Shown here: piece after piece, positions 46,430 through 60,991 of the stretch
Layout of the letters: the number at the start of each line of letters is the position of its first letter
How positions within the stretch are numbered: the stretch's first letter is position 1
The notes under the pieces: generated by a model
What the model was told of the DNA's origin: nothing
Databases searched by the model: none
The model's input: only the letters and a program-made list of their open reading frames with translations
Program-made: the position numbers and the translations under genes
Assembly (NCBI GenBank): GCA_021613535.1
Contig: CP075493.1
Coordinates: 12,276,001 to 12,340,000 of the forward strand
DNA: 64,000 bases
DNA from: Adineta vaga
Taxonomy: Eukaryota > Animalia > Rotifera
Reading direction: 5' to 3'

Positions 46430-48547
46430 ACTTCGAAAGATGTAAATGTTAGTCTGCCAGGTATGTTATTTATAGCGAGTCGCACGTTTCGAGAGAAAGC
46501 AAAAGGCAAACAAATTAAATATAAGATTATTATACAGTGTTTTCATTCTTATCATGATGTGTAAAAAAAGATTTTACATCCTCTATGTTCTTTTTTTGAT
46601 TTATAAAAAAAAAACTCAAAACATCACCGAATCAGTAATTTAACAAATACGAACAAGTTCAAGCTTATAAACTATTACAAAAATATTAAATTTTAACACA
46701 ATAAAGTTGAGTTCTACATAATTTCCACTACTCCAATAAAATATGTTTTTTTTCGTACAAACCTATATCTCTTCTCTGGTGAACCAACTTTGTGTTTGAA
46801 AATTTAGACTGATACTCGTCTGTTTAATATTAAGCACTTTTGTATTACGAAAAATTCAAAATTATCCAACACTTGCTGGAATTCTCAATCTTATTGGATC
46901 TCTTCTTGATCAAGATAGAATCAACGATCAAGATCTCATTATTACCTGATCAATGCATTCGATGAAATTCATTGTCCTGATGATGCAAACCTTTTGAAAG
47001 GTAAATTCATTATTCATTTTTGATCTATAGTCTTACTCGATTACTATGTTTAGAGTATCGAAATCGTGTAAATCCATCGATACATATCTTATCAGAAACG
47101 GAATCGTTCAAAATCGTGTAAGTTATTAGCAAAGTCGTCCAAGATTTTGATTTCATATTAACTTTTACATAGTTTCTTCTTTACTATTCGTTCTATTATC
47201 TATGATTATAAACGTAGAATTATCCTTTTTCTCTCTTTGGAATCATATAGAATTTCGTCAATTGAAAAATAAGAATCTTAAATTTATAGACACAATAAAA
47301 GAAATCAAAACAAGCCAACATGCGAGTACTGTGAGCTTGAATCAATCTGAAGACAAATTGACAAGAATCGAAAATAAACGTACGCGTTTCAACTTCTCTT
47401 TATCAATACATATCAGAATTGTTCTTCTTATGCATCATACTCGCTCACTCGTTCCTTGAGATTTGAAAATGAATTGTGAATCTGAATTTGACATATACGC
47501 TCTTTCTAAAATAACATGCCAACATAGTTCACAAGTTTTTGTTAAATATAATTGTATTTTGGTGCTAATCTCAACATACTTTTTTACAGGAAATTTCATA
47601 AATAGTAGATTACGATCAATTGCAATCCGTTTACTAAAAACTATTGATTCTGTTTCATATTCAATAAAACTGATAACAACTTTAATGTTGAATGATGATT
47701 TTCGAGAGAAAAGACTGATTTCGGTCAATGCTATAAAACTTACTAACTTCCATTAGAAATCTAATCATCGTAGAATTTTTCATGACAAATCTCATCCCAT
47801 TTTTCTCATTCTTTTGTAAACAAATCAATCGAAATATAGATTATCAGCGTAATAAATCTGTTCTGATTAACTTGAACTAGAAATAAAATCTGAAACTAGT
47901 GTGCTGAAATAATGTTTTACTAAAGTGTAACTATAGCCAAGTGTAGCATTGTTTCTCACTCTTTTTCAATTACATCTAAAATATAAAGGTCGAACTTAAT
48001 TTATAAATACTACGCATTATTTGAAATAAAACATCTGTCGTATTTGTATTCACTCGATAAATCATTATCAATTCAATCTTTCATTTGAATATTCTATGAA
48101 AAAGAACTGAATGGATCGCTCTTTTAAACTGACGATCTTTAAAATATCATTTCTGATAAAGAAATATATCAAAGAATAGTCATAAAAGTAACTTGCCGTT
48201 AATTTTTACTACTAAATTATTGAACTGAATTGAATTTCTCATCAATCTTTCATATGATTAGTAACCTCTCCAATCCTTCTCTCTTCAGCCTGAAGACAAG
48301 CAGACTGAAAAATTAATTTAAATTTACAAATTCAAACTCGTTGTCACCAGAAGATATAGGGGTCGACATAGCACACATGATTTTTTTTGCACGCCTCGTA
48401 AAAGTTCAAAAATATTATTTTATTGATGCTCACGCAATACATAGAACAGTATATACATCTAACAGATCAATAGAAACGTGTTTTTCCATCTGCTAGATGA
48501 ACGCAATTAACAAATCAATAAAAAATACGACAGACAAGCTGTTGCTA

Positions 48548-48759
48548 CTTCATTTATTATGCGAGTACTTCATTTATGATGCGATTACTTCATTTATGAT
48601 GCGATTACTTCATTATCTTCATGTTCTCGGATATTATTTTTCACTATCTTGATTTAATAAATGAACAGAAAACCATTTATGATGCGATTACTTCATTATC
48701 TTCATGTTCTCGGATATTATTTTTCACTATCTTGATTTAATAAATGAACAGAAAACCAT
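48548..48759. repeat. Nested tandem repeats: three 20-bp units plus two 83-bp units
   Basis: cttcatttatgatgcgatta x3 (first copy has 2 mismatches); 48591-48673 is repeated at 48674-48756. Confidence 0.9.
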
Positions 48760-49659
48760 CTATGTTATGTAAACCTGCATTCTGTCTTTATAAAACTGTA
48801 CTTCAATTCAAAATTTGGAAATTGTATTCTCATGCAGCTATCAAAGATTATAAGATTTCTTTTATAAAAAGAGCTTTCATCAACAAAAAAATATATTCTC
48901 TCAAACATGTAATGACAATCTCTTAGCTTAATTAGAAATTCTACAAAATATATTATTAGATCTGATCAAACATCATGCGGGTGTGTAAACGACAAAACTA
49001 TCACAAAGTAAACACTGTTTATAACAGTTTTACATATTGGTTATCTGATTTCAAAAAAAATATAGATTCACATATCTAAAGCGTAAATTAATATCTAACG
49101 TAGATTTATTTTGCTGATAAAACAATATTCTTGAGTATTCATGGAATGCTTAAAAAAGACGAGTTCTTATCAACCAACTGTTGCCATATTTGCTTGTTAT
49201 ATATTCTTGTTGTTGTTAGTATAGTGATTGTACAAGTATTTAGTTCAAGAGATCATTTTCCTTCCTAAAAAACATTCTTAGAAGCACTTCACTACACTCA
49301 CAATTATATTTCTATTCTTTCATTGTATTGGATTGTCGTTAACTGAAGAGGAAGAAAAAGAATACTAATAAGTCAACAGAAAACACACATATATTTATTC
49401 AAAGTGCAACGTTTCTAAACTCCAACTATCTGTATCTCAAAAAATGTTCCTATGAAATATAAATTAAATTATCATAGACTTGTGATGGTGCCTTAAGTTT
49501 TGTCGCTGATTTGACAGTTGCATCCATCCATATATTTAATTTCAAAAGTACATCGGTATTAGAGCAGATTATAAGCTAACAAAAAGTCAGATTATTCTTA
49601 TTCAAACTTTTTGAAATATTTTTCCTTGAAAAACAGTATGTGCTCATTTAGTGTAAAAA

Positions 49660-50655
49660 ATGTCTACATCAACATCGAATGCAAATCTTATCGACTTATT
49701 AAATCAGATTTCCATTCAACTCAATCGTTATTTGGCGATGGGTATTTTTCTTTTCGGAATGATTGGTAATATTCTAAATACACTTGTCCTTTCACAACGT
49801 CAACTTCGTTTAAATCCTTGTTCATGGCTATTTCTTGTTTCGTCAATTTTTTGTTTGATTAGTTTATGCTCTAGTCTCATTCCTCGTGTTTTGTCTACTT
49901 GGAATGCTGATATAACAAATACAAATGATATTCTTTGTAAACTTCGTGTTTTTATCTATTACAATTCAATGACTATTGCCTTTTGGCTCATCGCACTAGT
50001 AACTATTGATCGATGGCTTTCATCAAGTATGAATGTCAATTATCGACATAAAAGTACATTGAAAAATGCAAAACGTGGTATGCTTGCTATTATAATTATT
50101 TCAACGATGATTCAAACACAACAAATCTTCTGTTACAAAGCTAATCTAATTCATACTCCACTGAAATGTTATACAAAAGCAGCAACATGTGGTATTCTAT
50201 CGGACTTAACTTTCGCCTTGATTACTATCGTCATTCCCTTGGTATTGATGTTCATCTTTGGACTAAAGATTATTTCAAATGTACGTCAAACACAAGCTCG
50301 TTTACGACCAATAGCTGCACCAATCGTAGATAAAAATGCAAATCGGAATCCCGCACTAATCACTGTCGTCGAACGGCCAAATCAACAACGAAAAACAGAT
50401 CATCACTTGTTGATCATGCTTCTCGTTCAAGTTCTCGTTATTCTTGTATGCACTGTTCCATTTGCTCTATCCAAATTCTATTTAACATTTACACGAGATA
50501 CGCCCAGATCATTATTACAGAATACAATTGAAGACTTTATTTTTAATTTATTTCTTCTTTTCTTGAATGTTGCTTGTGGAATGCCATTTTATATCTATAC
50601 ATTGACTGGAGGAACCCTTTTTCGAAAAGCTCTCTTCAAACTTTTCCACAGATAA
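49660..50655 (+). CDS. Rhodopsin-like 7TM GPCR, intronless
   Basis: GNILN, NPCSWLF, CKLR, TIDRW and PFYIYTLTGGTLFRKAL. Confidence 0.9.
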   Translation: MSTSTSNANLIDLLNQISIQLNRYLAMGIFLFGMIGNILNTLVLSQRQLRLNPCSWLFLVSSIFCLISLCSSLIPRVLSTWNADITNTNDILCKLRVFIYYNSMTIAFWLIALVTIDRWLSSSMNVNYRHKSTLKNAKRGMLAIIIISTMIQTQQIFCYKANLIHTPLKCYTKAATCGILSDLTFALITIVIPLVLMFIFGLKIISNVRQTQARLRPIAAPIVDKNANRNPALITVVERPNQQRKTDHHLLIMLLVQVLVILVCTVPFALSKFYLTFTRDTPRSLLQNTIEDFIFNLFLLFLNVACGMPFYIYTLTGGTLFRKALFKLFHR

Positions 50656-51109
50656 GATGTTCAATTTCACTAAAAACTGAAATAAAAGTAGCGAACTTCA
50701 TTTTATTCAAGTTATACTCAATCTGTTTAGCTATCAATTACGCTGTGAAAAACATCGCTTTTTCTCTTCGATGAGAATAGTTAATTTCATTCAAACTTGA
50801 ACAAATACCATTGACAATTAGTATATCCATGTGAAGATTCATTCTTCCTCTTATTCATATTTACATTCGATTTTCGATTTTCGATTTTCAGCACATATAA
50901 TATGTGCTTTTCTATTCAAATATTCTGTTCAATAAAATACTTATGCAAGAATACATAATTATAAGAAATGCGATTCAAGTCACATACAATTACAAATGAC
51001 AAAAGCTAAAATAAAAATCATTAATACATCTTGTTATTCATAGATTACATCGTCAGTTGAATTTCTCAAATCTAAAATGAATCAAAATAATGATCAGGGA
51101 AAGAAATCT

Positions 51110-54100
51110 TTATTTTATACCTTTCCATTGAAAAATTTGATTAATTATGAAAAAATAAACAAGAATTCCAATGCAAAAATAAATGATCATTCGTAAATTA
51201 ATCATTGACCAATATCTATTTTGTTTCAACATCAAATAAATTATCAAACTAATCACAAGAATTGATAATTGTTTAATAAATCCTTCACTAAATAAATGTT
51301 CAGTCATGAGAATAATCAAAGTCGACAATGAAATATTTCTCGTTTCTTTTTCATCATCATTGATGGATACATCGTTCCAATGTGTTGATTGAGATAAAAC
51401 ATGAAATCCACTTGCAAATGTTGTCAAATGTCGAGAAAAACATTGTGTTTGATAATGATTTGTTAATGAACCAACAATTAATCCATCAGATTTCCATTCA
51501 TTCATTTCATCAAGATAATAACAACCTGATGTATAAACTCGCATTTCATAATTTGAACTAAAATTATATCGTTCATTTATAAGTGGTAATTTACTTTTCA
51601 ATGATGAATTCAAACATTCAACATCAGAATTTATTTCTCGTAAACCAATTACTAATGATGAATGACCTAAACTTTGTTGATTATTAACAAAATATCGATA
51701 AATACTTTCATTCGTCAAGTCAAAAGAACAAAGAAGTGTCCATCCATCGATTTCATTCAGTGAACTATTTAATCGTGGAATTCCATCAAATTTATAAATA
51801 AATAAATATGAAATATTCACATTCAATGGATGAATCTCGAAATGAACTGAAATTGGAAGTGTTGTTGTGATATTAATATAATGTAAAGAAAAGAAGTGTT
51901 GATAATAATCAGTTGAATTGTTCGATGTCACATTGTATATGATCATTGATGGAATGACAACATTTGGATCTCGTGGAATAATAATTTCAATCGAATGATT
52001 TTCATCCGTTCTAATTCCAATTTCTTGACCATTTTCATCAAGAATTGTTAATGAAACTGATCTTGACAGATTTGTATGAGATTGTGAATTTCCATATGAT
52101 GCTAATGGTTCTATCATTGACTATAAAATAAACTCGAGAGAAATGAATGAATTTGTTCAATGAAAAGTTTACTCGAATTGAAATTGTTTGATTTGTATTG
52201 AATTCTGTTTGAATTGTTGATGGAAGATTGATTTGTGCATTTCCAATTTGTTTATTCGCTAATGATTCAAATGATGTTCTTTCTAATGACATCAACACTT
52301 CTGATGTATTCAAAACTAAACTTTGTTCACGATTCAAATGAACATTCAACGATAATGTCATCAATGAAATCATTTCTTTTGTTTTCGAAACAATTTCATT
52401 GGCTAATTGTTTTTGATAATACACATTTCGATTCTTTTCAATTGTTGACCATGAAAAATCATTTCCATCACCAAATAAATCTGAATAAAACAAAAAGAAA
52501 GATTTGAGAAATGAAAGAAGAGATGATCTTACTTAGATTTGACCATGATGATTCTAAATCAGTATCATAATCTTGAGGAAATGATGTTGCACGAATGAAA
52601 TCAACATCTAACACATTCATTCTTTCTTGTAATGGACCATTCACACCCTTAATTCATCATCATTTATTAGATAAAAGATAATGGAACATCTCTCTTACTG
52701 TGACAAGATTTGTTGTACATTCACCTAATTGACTTGCAATGATTTGTGTATCTTCAGATGATATTTGTGTTGACATCAAATACAAACGTTTACTCAATTC
52801 ATAACATCGATTCAATGCAATTGTCTATGACAAACAGATTCAATCTAATCATATGTGAAAAGAAACAGAGATCTTTTACCAGAGTATTTCTTGTTAATTG
52901 ATTTGTTGCTTTGGTCAATTGAACTAATGCTGATGATTGTAATTTCAGACTATTCGATGTTGTTATGGCGAGATTGGAGATGAATTGTATGAGATATTCT
53001 CGAACTTGTGCATGACAATTCACTTCTTTCTCATATTCATCCAATGCTGACATGTTCAATGCTGTTGTTGATATCTGTGAGAGAGAGAAAGAGAGAAAGA
53101 GAGAAAGAGAGATTAACAAGTAAAATAAACAAACAAAAATGAAGTTACTACTACTTGTGAAGATGAACTTTGTAATGATGAAACTGAAATACTTGTCCAT
53201 GGAATTCCATCTAAATTATCAATAAACACGTGTAAATGTCTCAATCATTATCAAACTTTTACTCGATATCGCTTTATCAATATTTTGTTGATTGAATTGA
53301 TTGAGTTGATTTGAAAATAAACTAATCACTTGACTAACAACATTCTGATTTTGACTTGCAAGTAGTTGAACATAGGGATTGTTGATGATTTCATTTGATG
53401 TATTTTGAATATCATTAATAAACTTGTTCATTTCATTCAAATCTGCTCGAACAGAAATCGATGATGTGAAATTATATTCTGTCAAACAATCAAATTCATC
53501 ACGAATCTTCATTATCAAATGAATTGCATAAGTTGGATCATCGCTACATGGAAATCGAACTTGAAATGTTGATAATGATGAATATGCTATGATTGTTTGT
53601 TTTGATTGATCTATTGTCCAAACTATAAAGAGACAAAGAGGTATACACGTACGTATATCGAATAGTTCAATCATGAACTTACTGTAAAGTGAATAATCTT
53701 TGATTCCATCATTATCAAACCAATTCAAACAGTTCAAATCAAATAAAGTACTTGTTGTACCATTGAGAGGAGAAATCGAACATGAACCATTTGTAGGTGG
53801 TTGATTAATGAGAAAACTTAATGAACTTGAACTTGTTTCTGATTGAAAATGATAAACAACTTCAAATCTCCAAAGTAACCATTGGCGATAGGATGAAAAT
53901 AAGTCATTGGTTGATGTCAAATTTGTTGTGTTCAGTCCAAAAAACCAAATATTTGCATAAATATTTGTTTTATTGAATAAAATCCATTCTGTGACATTTG
54001 ATGATGCATTTCTTTGTCCATAATAGATTCTCCATTGAATATTCTGAACGGTTGAACAATTCTCAATACAAAATGAATACAAAGCAACTTGAGTTGTTGG

Positions 54101-57100
54101 ATTAACAAGTTGATATTCGACATTTGAAATACACATGGTAGAAATGACACAACTAGAGATTCAATAGGAAATACTTTTCGTATCAATCAGACGAAAAGAA
54201 AGGTTTTACCCAATGGCAATGATTGATGAATGCATATCTTGAACTTTGACAAGAACAGAACCACTGATTTGTTTCGATGGATTATGAAGATATTTCAGCT
54301 GAACCAGAAATTCATATGTTTGATTTGATGGAAGTGAATGAGAAAGAATTGTCAATGATGAATTGATCGAATTGCCATATTTCCATCTTGTTTGATTTGA
54401 TAAACATGAAGGATTCGATGGATCAATGGTTGAATCATCGATTGGAATCAATGATCCATTCACATTTGGATACATTGACAAACCATAGATTCGACAATAA
54501 TATTTATATTTCCATTCCTGTATGCATAAAACGATCGAATCAAATCAGCATATCAACAATGAAATCACTTACACTAGCATTGAATGCAAATCCATCTAAA
54601 TCAACAGAAAATGCTCCTGGATTGAGAAGAAGATCTTGTTCATGTCCATTGGTGATTATTGGTGTTCCAAGTTGAATCAGATTGACAACAATATCTGATG
54701 AAATGATTTCAATCAAAATCGAAGATGATGTTGATAAATTGAGAAGTGACACTGTCAGAGTGAATTGATAGATTCCATATGAAAGTGTTTTTGCTGGAAT
54801 GTATAATTCACTTGATTTTGTATTGATGGTTGAATCGAATGAAATGGAGATGGAACATGGAGTGATGGAACAATTTCGTATGATCCATTGTGTTGTTAAT
54901 GTGAATGATTGATTGCAATGAAATTCAATCAAAGACACAATTGAAATATCTTGATTTCGACGAAATTGTATTGGTGATGTGTTGGGAATAAGTGTGAGAT
55001 TGGGTGAATAACAACCTTGAACAAAGTTATTTTATGAGTGTATCTTTTGTGTGATGAAAATAGTTACTTTGATTTGATATGATTTGTTTGAGAGTTGTCA
55101 TTGGATGTGTACTGATTGCTGTGCTTGATACTTGTGTACTAGTCATCGATGGTGAATTTGTTTCTGCAGCGATGTTTGTCTCTATGATTGTGGTTACTAT
55201 TGTTGATGTAAGTTGTTCTAGAAAAAAAAGATCGTGAAGGCAAATTATGTAAAAGTATTTTGATTAAACAAACCTTGTGTTGTTGTTATTGGAACAGTTG
55301 CAGTTGTTGTTTCTAGAAAACAAAGTAATATATCAGACATTTTGTTTTTTATAATTATAATGCTCTAACGAATCTATTCTATTCTTGCTACATTTATTGT
55401 TGGAGGAAAAGAATAAAATTAGCGGGAAAAGTAACATAATTTCTTATACTCGTATATTCTCGAATTGAAAATATGAATCATATTTGATTGTTAGATATTC
55501 TTGGACTTACCGGATGAATTGGTTAACAATGCAAATTTTTGAACACGACCATTTTTAGTATCAAGAACAAACATATTTCCATAACTATCAAAAACCATAC
55601 TTTCCGGATGAAGTAACTGGTTTGATGCTGAACCATTTGTACCAGAACATCCAGCTACACATCGGAAACCATATGGGCCTTGGCCAACAATTTTATTAGC
55701 GTCAGAATCCACAATAAATAAATAATTGTCAGCATCTAGTACAACACCAGTAGGACCATACTCTGATTGTGACATTCGATGAAGAGCTTCCTGCAACTGT
55801 TATTCCATTTGATTGTCCTAATCGGAAGAGTTGGATTCTATCATTAAAATAATCAGCCACATATAAATCAAAATTAGTATCAACAAAGATTCCACATGGA
55901 CCCCTAAGTTGATTTGAGGCAGAGCCACTGGAAACATTTCCAGCAACAATTGTTATGTTTGTTGTGTTATCGCCTAACCATTTTTTAACAACTGTATGAT
56001 TACCATAGATGGAACAATATATCATATCATTGATATCGATAAAAATACCTAGACATGATGTATAAACATACATGACAGGAGTACTGATATTTGCATTTAC
56101 TGTCCATTTATCAACACGTCGTATGGAACTAGGATTATCAACATAGACATCACCATTATTTGCAACAAACAAAGAATTGGGAGTAGTTAAATCGCCAGAT
56201 AAGGTACGTGTTGGATTGACAACAGTTTCATTGAACCAAATTTGAACTCGATAATTCTGTCGATCGGCAACATAAATTGAGTTGTTGGTGTCGATAAAGA
56301 TACCGTAGGGATTGTCACCAATAGTGGTATTTGTAGCGAAAGTAATTGCATTCGGATTCCAAGTTGCATTTGGTGGTAACTGTGGTTGATTATAAGATTT
56401 AACTAAAATGAAACAAATCAGAACGTTAAGTTTTAAAAGTATCGCAATGCAATATGATTAAAATTCGAATTAGTCTGTTTCTAATATTTGATTCTTTGCA
56501 ATGACACTTACCGGTAGTGTTATGTAGTAGGACATATTTTAAGATGCGACTAGTACTCCATTCGTTAACATATAAATTTCCATGACTATCAAAAGCTAAA
56601 TTCCATGGATACAATAGTTGATTAGTTGCAGAACCACTCACACCAGAACATCCAACTATACATCGAAAACCATTTGGTCCCTGACCAATGACTCGATGAT
56701 TGCCACCATCTGTTATAAATAAATAACCATCACCATCCAATATTGCTGCGTTGGGATTCATTAGTGTAATTGTTGGAGTTCAATGATGAGCTTCCTGCAA
56801 CTGTGGTTCCATTTTGTTGTCCAAATTGAAAGAGTTGAATTCGACTATTCCCATAATCAGCTACGTACATACATCAAAGTCAACAGTAACGAAGATTCCA
56901 CATGGACCATTAAGTTGGTTTGGGGAAGAACCAGGGGAACCATTTCCAGCAACAATGATCACTGCCGAGACATTATCATCCAACTGTTTCTTGACAACTC
57001 GATGCTCATTATATAATGAACAGTATAGAGTATTATTCATATCAACAAAGAGACCGAGGCATGATGAACTAAAATACATAACAGGAGTACTAATGCTTGC

Positions 57101-57635
57101 ATTCAATGACCATTTATCAACTCGGTTATTTGCATTATAATCACTGACATACATATCATCATTATCTGTAACGAAGATACACATTGGATTAGGCATACTG
57201 CCGTATATTGTTGTTGTTGGATTCACGGTGTTATTCAACCAAATGTGAGTTTGATTATTTACTTGATCAGTAACATAGATTGAGTTGTTCTTATTGATAA
57301 AAAGACCACGAGGGTTGGCACCAACTGTACTATTATTAGCAAAAATAATTGCATTGGGATTCCAAATTGCATATGGATCTAATTTTGGTCGATTGTATGA
57401 CACACCTAAATAGCATATATCTCGTTATGATTGGAAGAACTAAAATACTTTATATCTTTAGCAATAGATATGTATTCTTCATCTCGAACTGTTACGGATG
57501 AATATCACTAAGGACTTTATAGTGTTATATTCATGCCTAAATACTTGTATCATATAATTGCCATCATTAGTTCTTACCTGATGCTTGCGCAACAATCAAA
57601 AAAATTAGCCATAAATAAAAACTGTCCACTGACAT
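51110..57635 (-). CDS. Multi-exon NHL-repeat + Thr-rich + REJ + GPS protein (polycystin-1-like ectodomain), with frameshifts in NHL exons
   Basis: Signal exon MSVDSFYLWLIFLIVAQAS, two NHL propeller units, REJ-like region (NQPPTNGSCSISP, WFDNDGIKDY), and GPS motif CYYLD..W...G..TQCFSRHLTTFASG. Confidence 0.8.
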
Positions 57636-58445
57636 CTTTGACGTCAACTGAAAATCTTGATGTTGCCAAAGAATCTTTTTTTTCAATACTTCACCTGTTT
57701 GTAGGTAATAAAATGTAAAGTAAAATGAGAATTCTCTCTGTCTTTATCTTTCTCGATTGTATTCTAGCGTCCATTTTTAAGTAAGCATTTCTTAGGAAAA
57801 TACATTCCCAAGAGTAATTAACTTACATGATAAGAAATGCTAAACAATAACATAATAGTTTTTGCAAAAACACCTATCACGACTTATTTATTTTCTCGGT
57901 CATATTGAAAGAGATAGTCCTCTGAATCAAGTGTCGATACATTTCCGAATCATAGTAAAGTTACTTGTGTAAATATGAATATATTCTGTTCATTCTTCTC
58001 CTCCCGATTACAGACTGAATTGTCATACATTCTTTCTACTTATTTATATTACAAATTTTTCCAATGAAAATTCAAATATTAAAGAATAAATGAACACTAT
58101 AGATCCATATTCGATATTTGTCCTAAGCAATCTCTTTTTTTCTCTGATCGTTGAATTACTCATTCAAAAACTGTTTTCATAGAACGCAATTTGCATATAC
58201 GGATGACTAACTATTTGTAGGTGACGAAGACGATCGCATATGACTCAATACTTTACAGTTGGCGTTTTTTTATTGGTTCTGTTCGCCAAGTCTTTTATAA
58301 AATTTGTCGGATTGAAAATTTGTGCTTTCTTCCTCTTATCACCACTAAACAGTCTGTGTTGGCTGTTCATGTTTCTTTCTTCAACGAATTCAGAACGATA
58401 TTGCACATTTTGTTGTAGAGAATCGTATTGTCTTTGAATAAAGCA

Positions 58446-60972
58446 ATGATGAGTAAAAATAAACTTCCAAAAGTAGTTGATGCTGAATGTGAAAATGAAT
58501 ATGGTTATGTCTATGGAGTTTCAGGTCCAGGTATGAAGATGTATATGTATTTTTATTTTGATGAAAGATTCGAATGATTATATAGTTGTTGTTGCTAATC
58601 AAATGGCTGGTTCATCAATTAACGAATTAGTAAGACTGAAATGATTTTCAATGTGATCTTTGTTTTTATTGTTTTATATAGGTTCGAGTTGGTCATGAAG
58701 AATTAGTTGGAGAAGTCATTCGTTTGGAAAATGATTTAGCGACTATTCAAGTTTATGAAGAAACATGTATGAAATCGGTTTTATCAAAGATAAACATGTA
58801 ATTTAGAATTTATTTTCTTCAGCGGGTGTTACGGTTGGTGATCCCGTTTTAAGAACAGGTAAACCATTGTCTGTTGAACTTGGTCCTGGTATTATGACAA
58901 GTATTTTCGATGGTTAGAAAGTTTGTTTTGTTTACTATGAATGGTATTTTTATTTTTCTTCTCACCTATAGGTATCCAACGACCTCTAAAAACTATTTAT
59001 GATCTTACTAAGAATATTTACATTCCACGCGGTATTAATGTACCTGCATTGAATCGTTCAACATCATGGCATTTTAATCCAAATAAATCTCTTCGAGTAA
59101 TGTCTTATTTATTTTTCAGAATTCAATTTCATTGATTCTTTTTTTATTAGGTTGGTAGTCATATAACCGGTGGTGATATATTTGGTACAGTACCAGAAAA
59201 TAACATAATTGAACATCGAATAATGCTTCATCCAAAATCAAAAGGTACAATCACGTATATTGCACCAGACGGGAATTATACACTCGATGTAAGTTGAATC
59301 GATGTATTTCTTTTGATTATAATGTCGAATAGGATGTTGTTCTTGAAACGGAATTTGATGGCGAAATAAGTAAACATACAATGCTTCAATTATGGCCTGT
59401 TCGACGAATGCGACCAGTAGCTGAATATCTTCCTCCTAATTATCCATTATTGACAGGTCAACGTGTATTAGATTCCTTATTTCCGTAAGAATGTGAAAGT
59501 ATTCATTAGAAAAATAAATAAAGAATTCGTTTTGATATATGATAGATGTGTACAAGGTAGTACAACAGCTATTCCTGGTGCTTTTGGTTGTGGAAAAACC
59601 GTTATTTCTCAATCACTTTCAAAATTTTCGAACAGTGATGTGATTGTTTATGTGGGTTGCGGTGAACGTGGAAATGAAATGGCTGAAGTATTACGTGATT
59701 TTTCTAAAGTAAAAAAGATCAGTTGCATGTAAAGATTTCTGTTTTGTTTTTTAAATGTCAAGTTAAAAATAGAAATTGAAGGAGAAGAAGTATCAATTAT
59801 GGAACGAACAACTCTAGTCGCAAATACATCAAATATGCCTGTTGCAGCTCGTGAAGCTTCGATTTATACAGGTATAACATTATCGGAATATTTTCGTGAT
59901 ATGGGTTATAATGTGGCTATGATGGCTGATTCAACATCGCGTTGGGCTGAAGCTTTACGGGAAATATCTGGTCGTTTGGCTGAAATGCCTGCTGGTTGAT
60001 TAATTGAACAAAACGAAAATTAAAATTCTACTTTTTTTTCTTTTCTTAATAGATCAAGGTTTTCCAGCTTATTTAGGTACTCGTTTAGCTTCATTCTATG
60101 AACGTGCTGGTCGTGTTCAATGTTTGGGTAATCCAGTTCGTGAAGGTTCTGTCAGTATTATTGGAGCGTAAATATTCAATAATGATTAAAATAAACAGTT
60201 TGGTGACATTGTTTTCTTCTCCTTATAGTGTGTCTCCTCCTGGTGGTGATTTCTCCGATCCGGTTACAGTACAAACTATAAATATTGTTCAAATCTTTTG
60301 GGGTTTAGAAAGAAGATTAGCACAACGGAAACATTTTCCATCAGTCAATTGGCTTACGTCATATAGTAAATGTGCATCTGTACTAAATGATTATTATGAG
60401 AGTAATTTCCCAGAATTTATATCAATACGTGCTAAAGTAAAAGATTTTCTTTTCACGAAAAGGAAAAAAACAGAAAACTTGTCTTTTTTTCTATTTAGTG
60501 TAAACAAATCTTACAAGAGGAAGAAGATCTTTCGGATATCGTACAACTTGTTGGTAAAGGTTCATTAGCTGAGACGGATAAAATAATCCTTGAAGTAGCT
60601 CGAATGATAAAAGATGATTTTTTACAACAAGACAGTTGTTCATCTCATGATAAGTATTGTCCATTTTATAAATGTGTTGCAATGCTCCGTAATATAGTCA
60701 CCTTTTATGATTTGACTCGACATGCTGTTGAAATCACAGCTCAATCAGAAAAGAGAATAACATTCAATGATATTAAAACGAACTTTAGTGATATTATTCG
60801 TCAATTAGCAACTATGAAATTCAAGGTAGACTTTCATTATTTTATAAAATATGTGCTAATTTTAAATTCTATCCAGAATCCAACTATCGATAGTGAAGAA
60901 AAGATTCAACGTGAACTCGATCAACTTCATGAAGATATACAAACAGCATTTAGAGATATGGAAGAAAACTAA
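58446..60972 (+). CDS. ATP6V1A: V-type H+-ATPase catalytic subunit A (13 exons), divergent
   Basis: Walker [54 protein letters not shown] and [11 protein letters not shown]. Twelve GT-AG introns of 45-62 bp. Confidence 0.95.
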
Positions 60973-60991
60973 TCCATTTAAGATTTTCCTT

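Noticed and set aside
46790-47760. Exon/intron-like fragments and 85-97 aa ORFs
   Set aside because: No consistent spliced frame or motif could be built; possibly a relic but unassignable.
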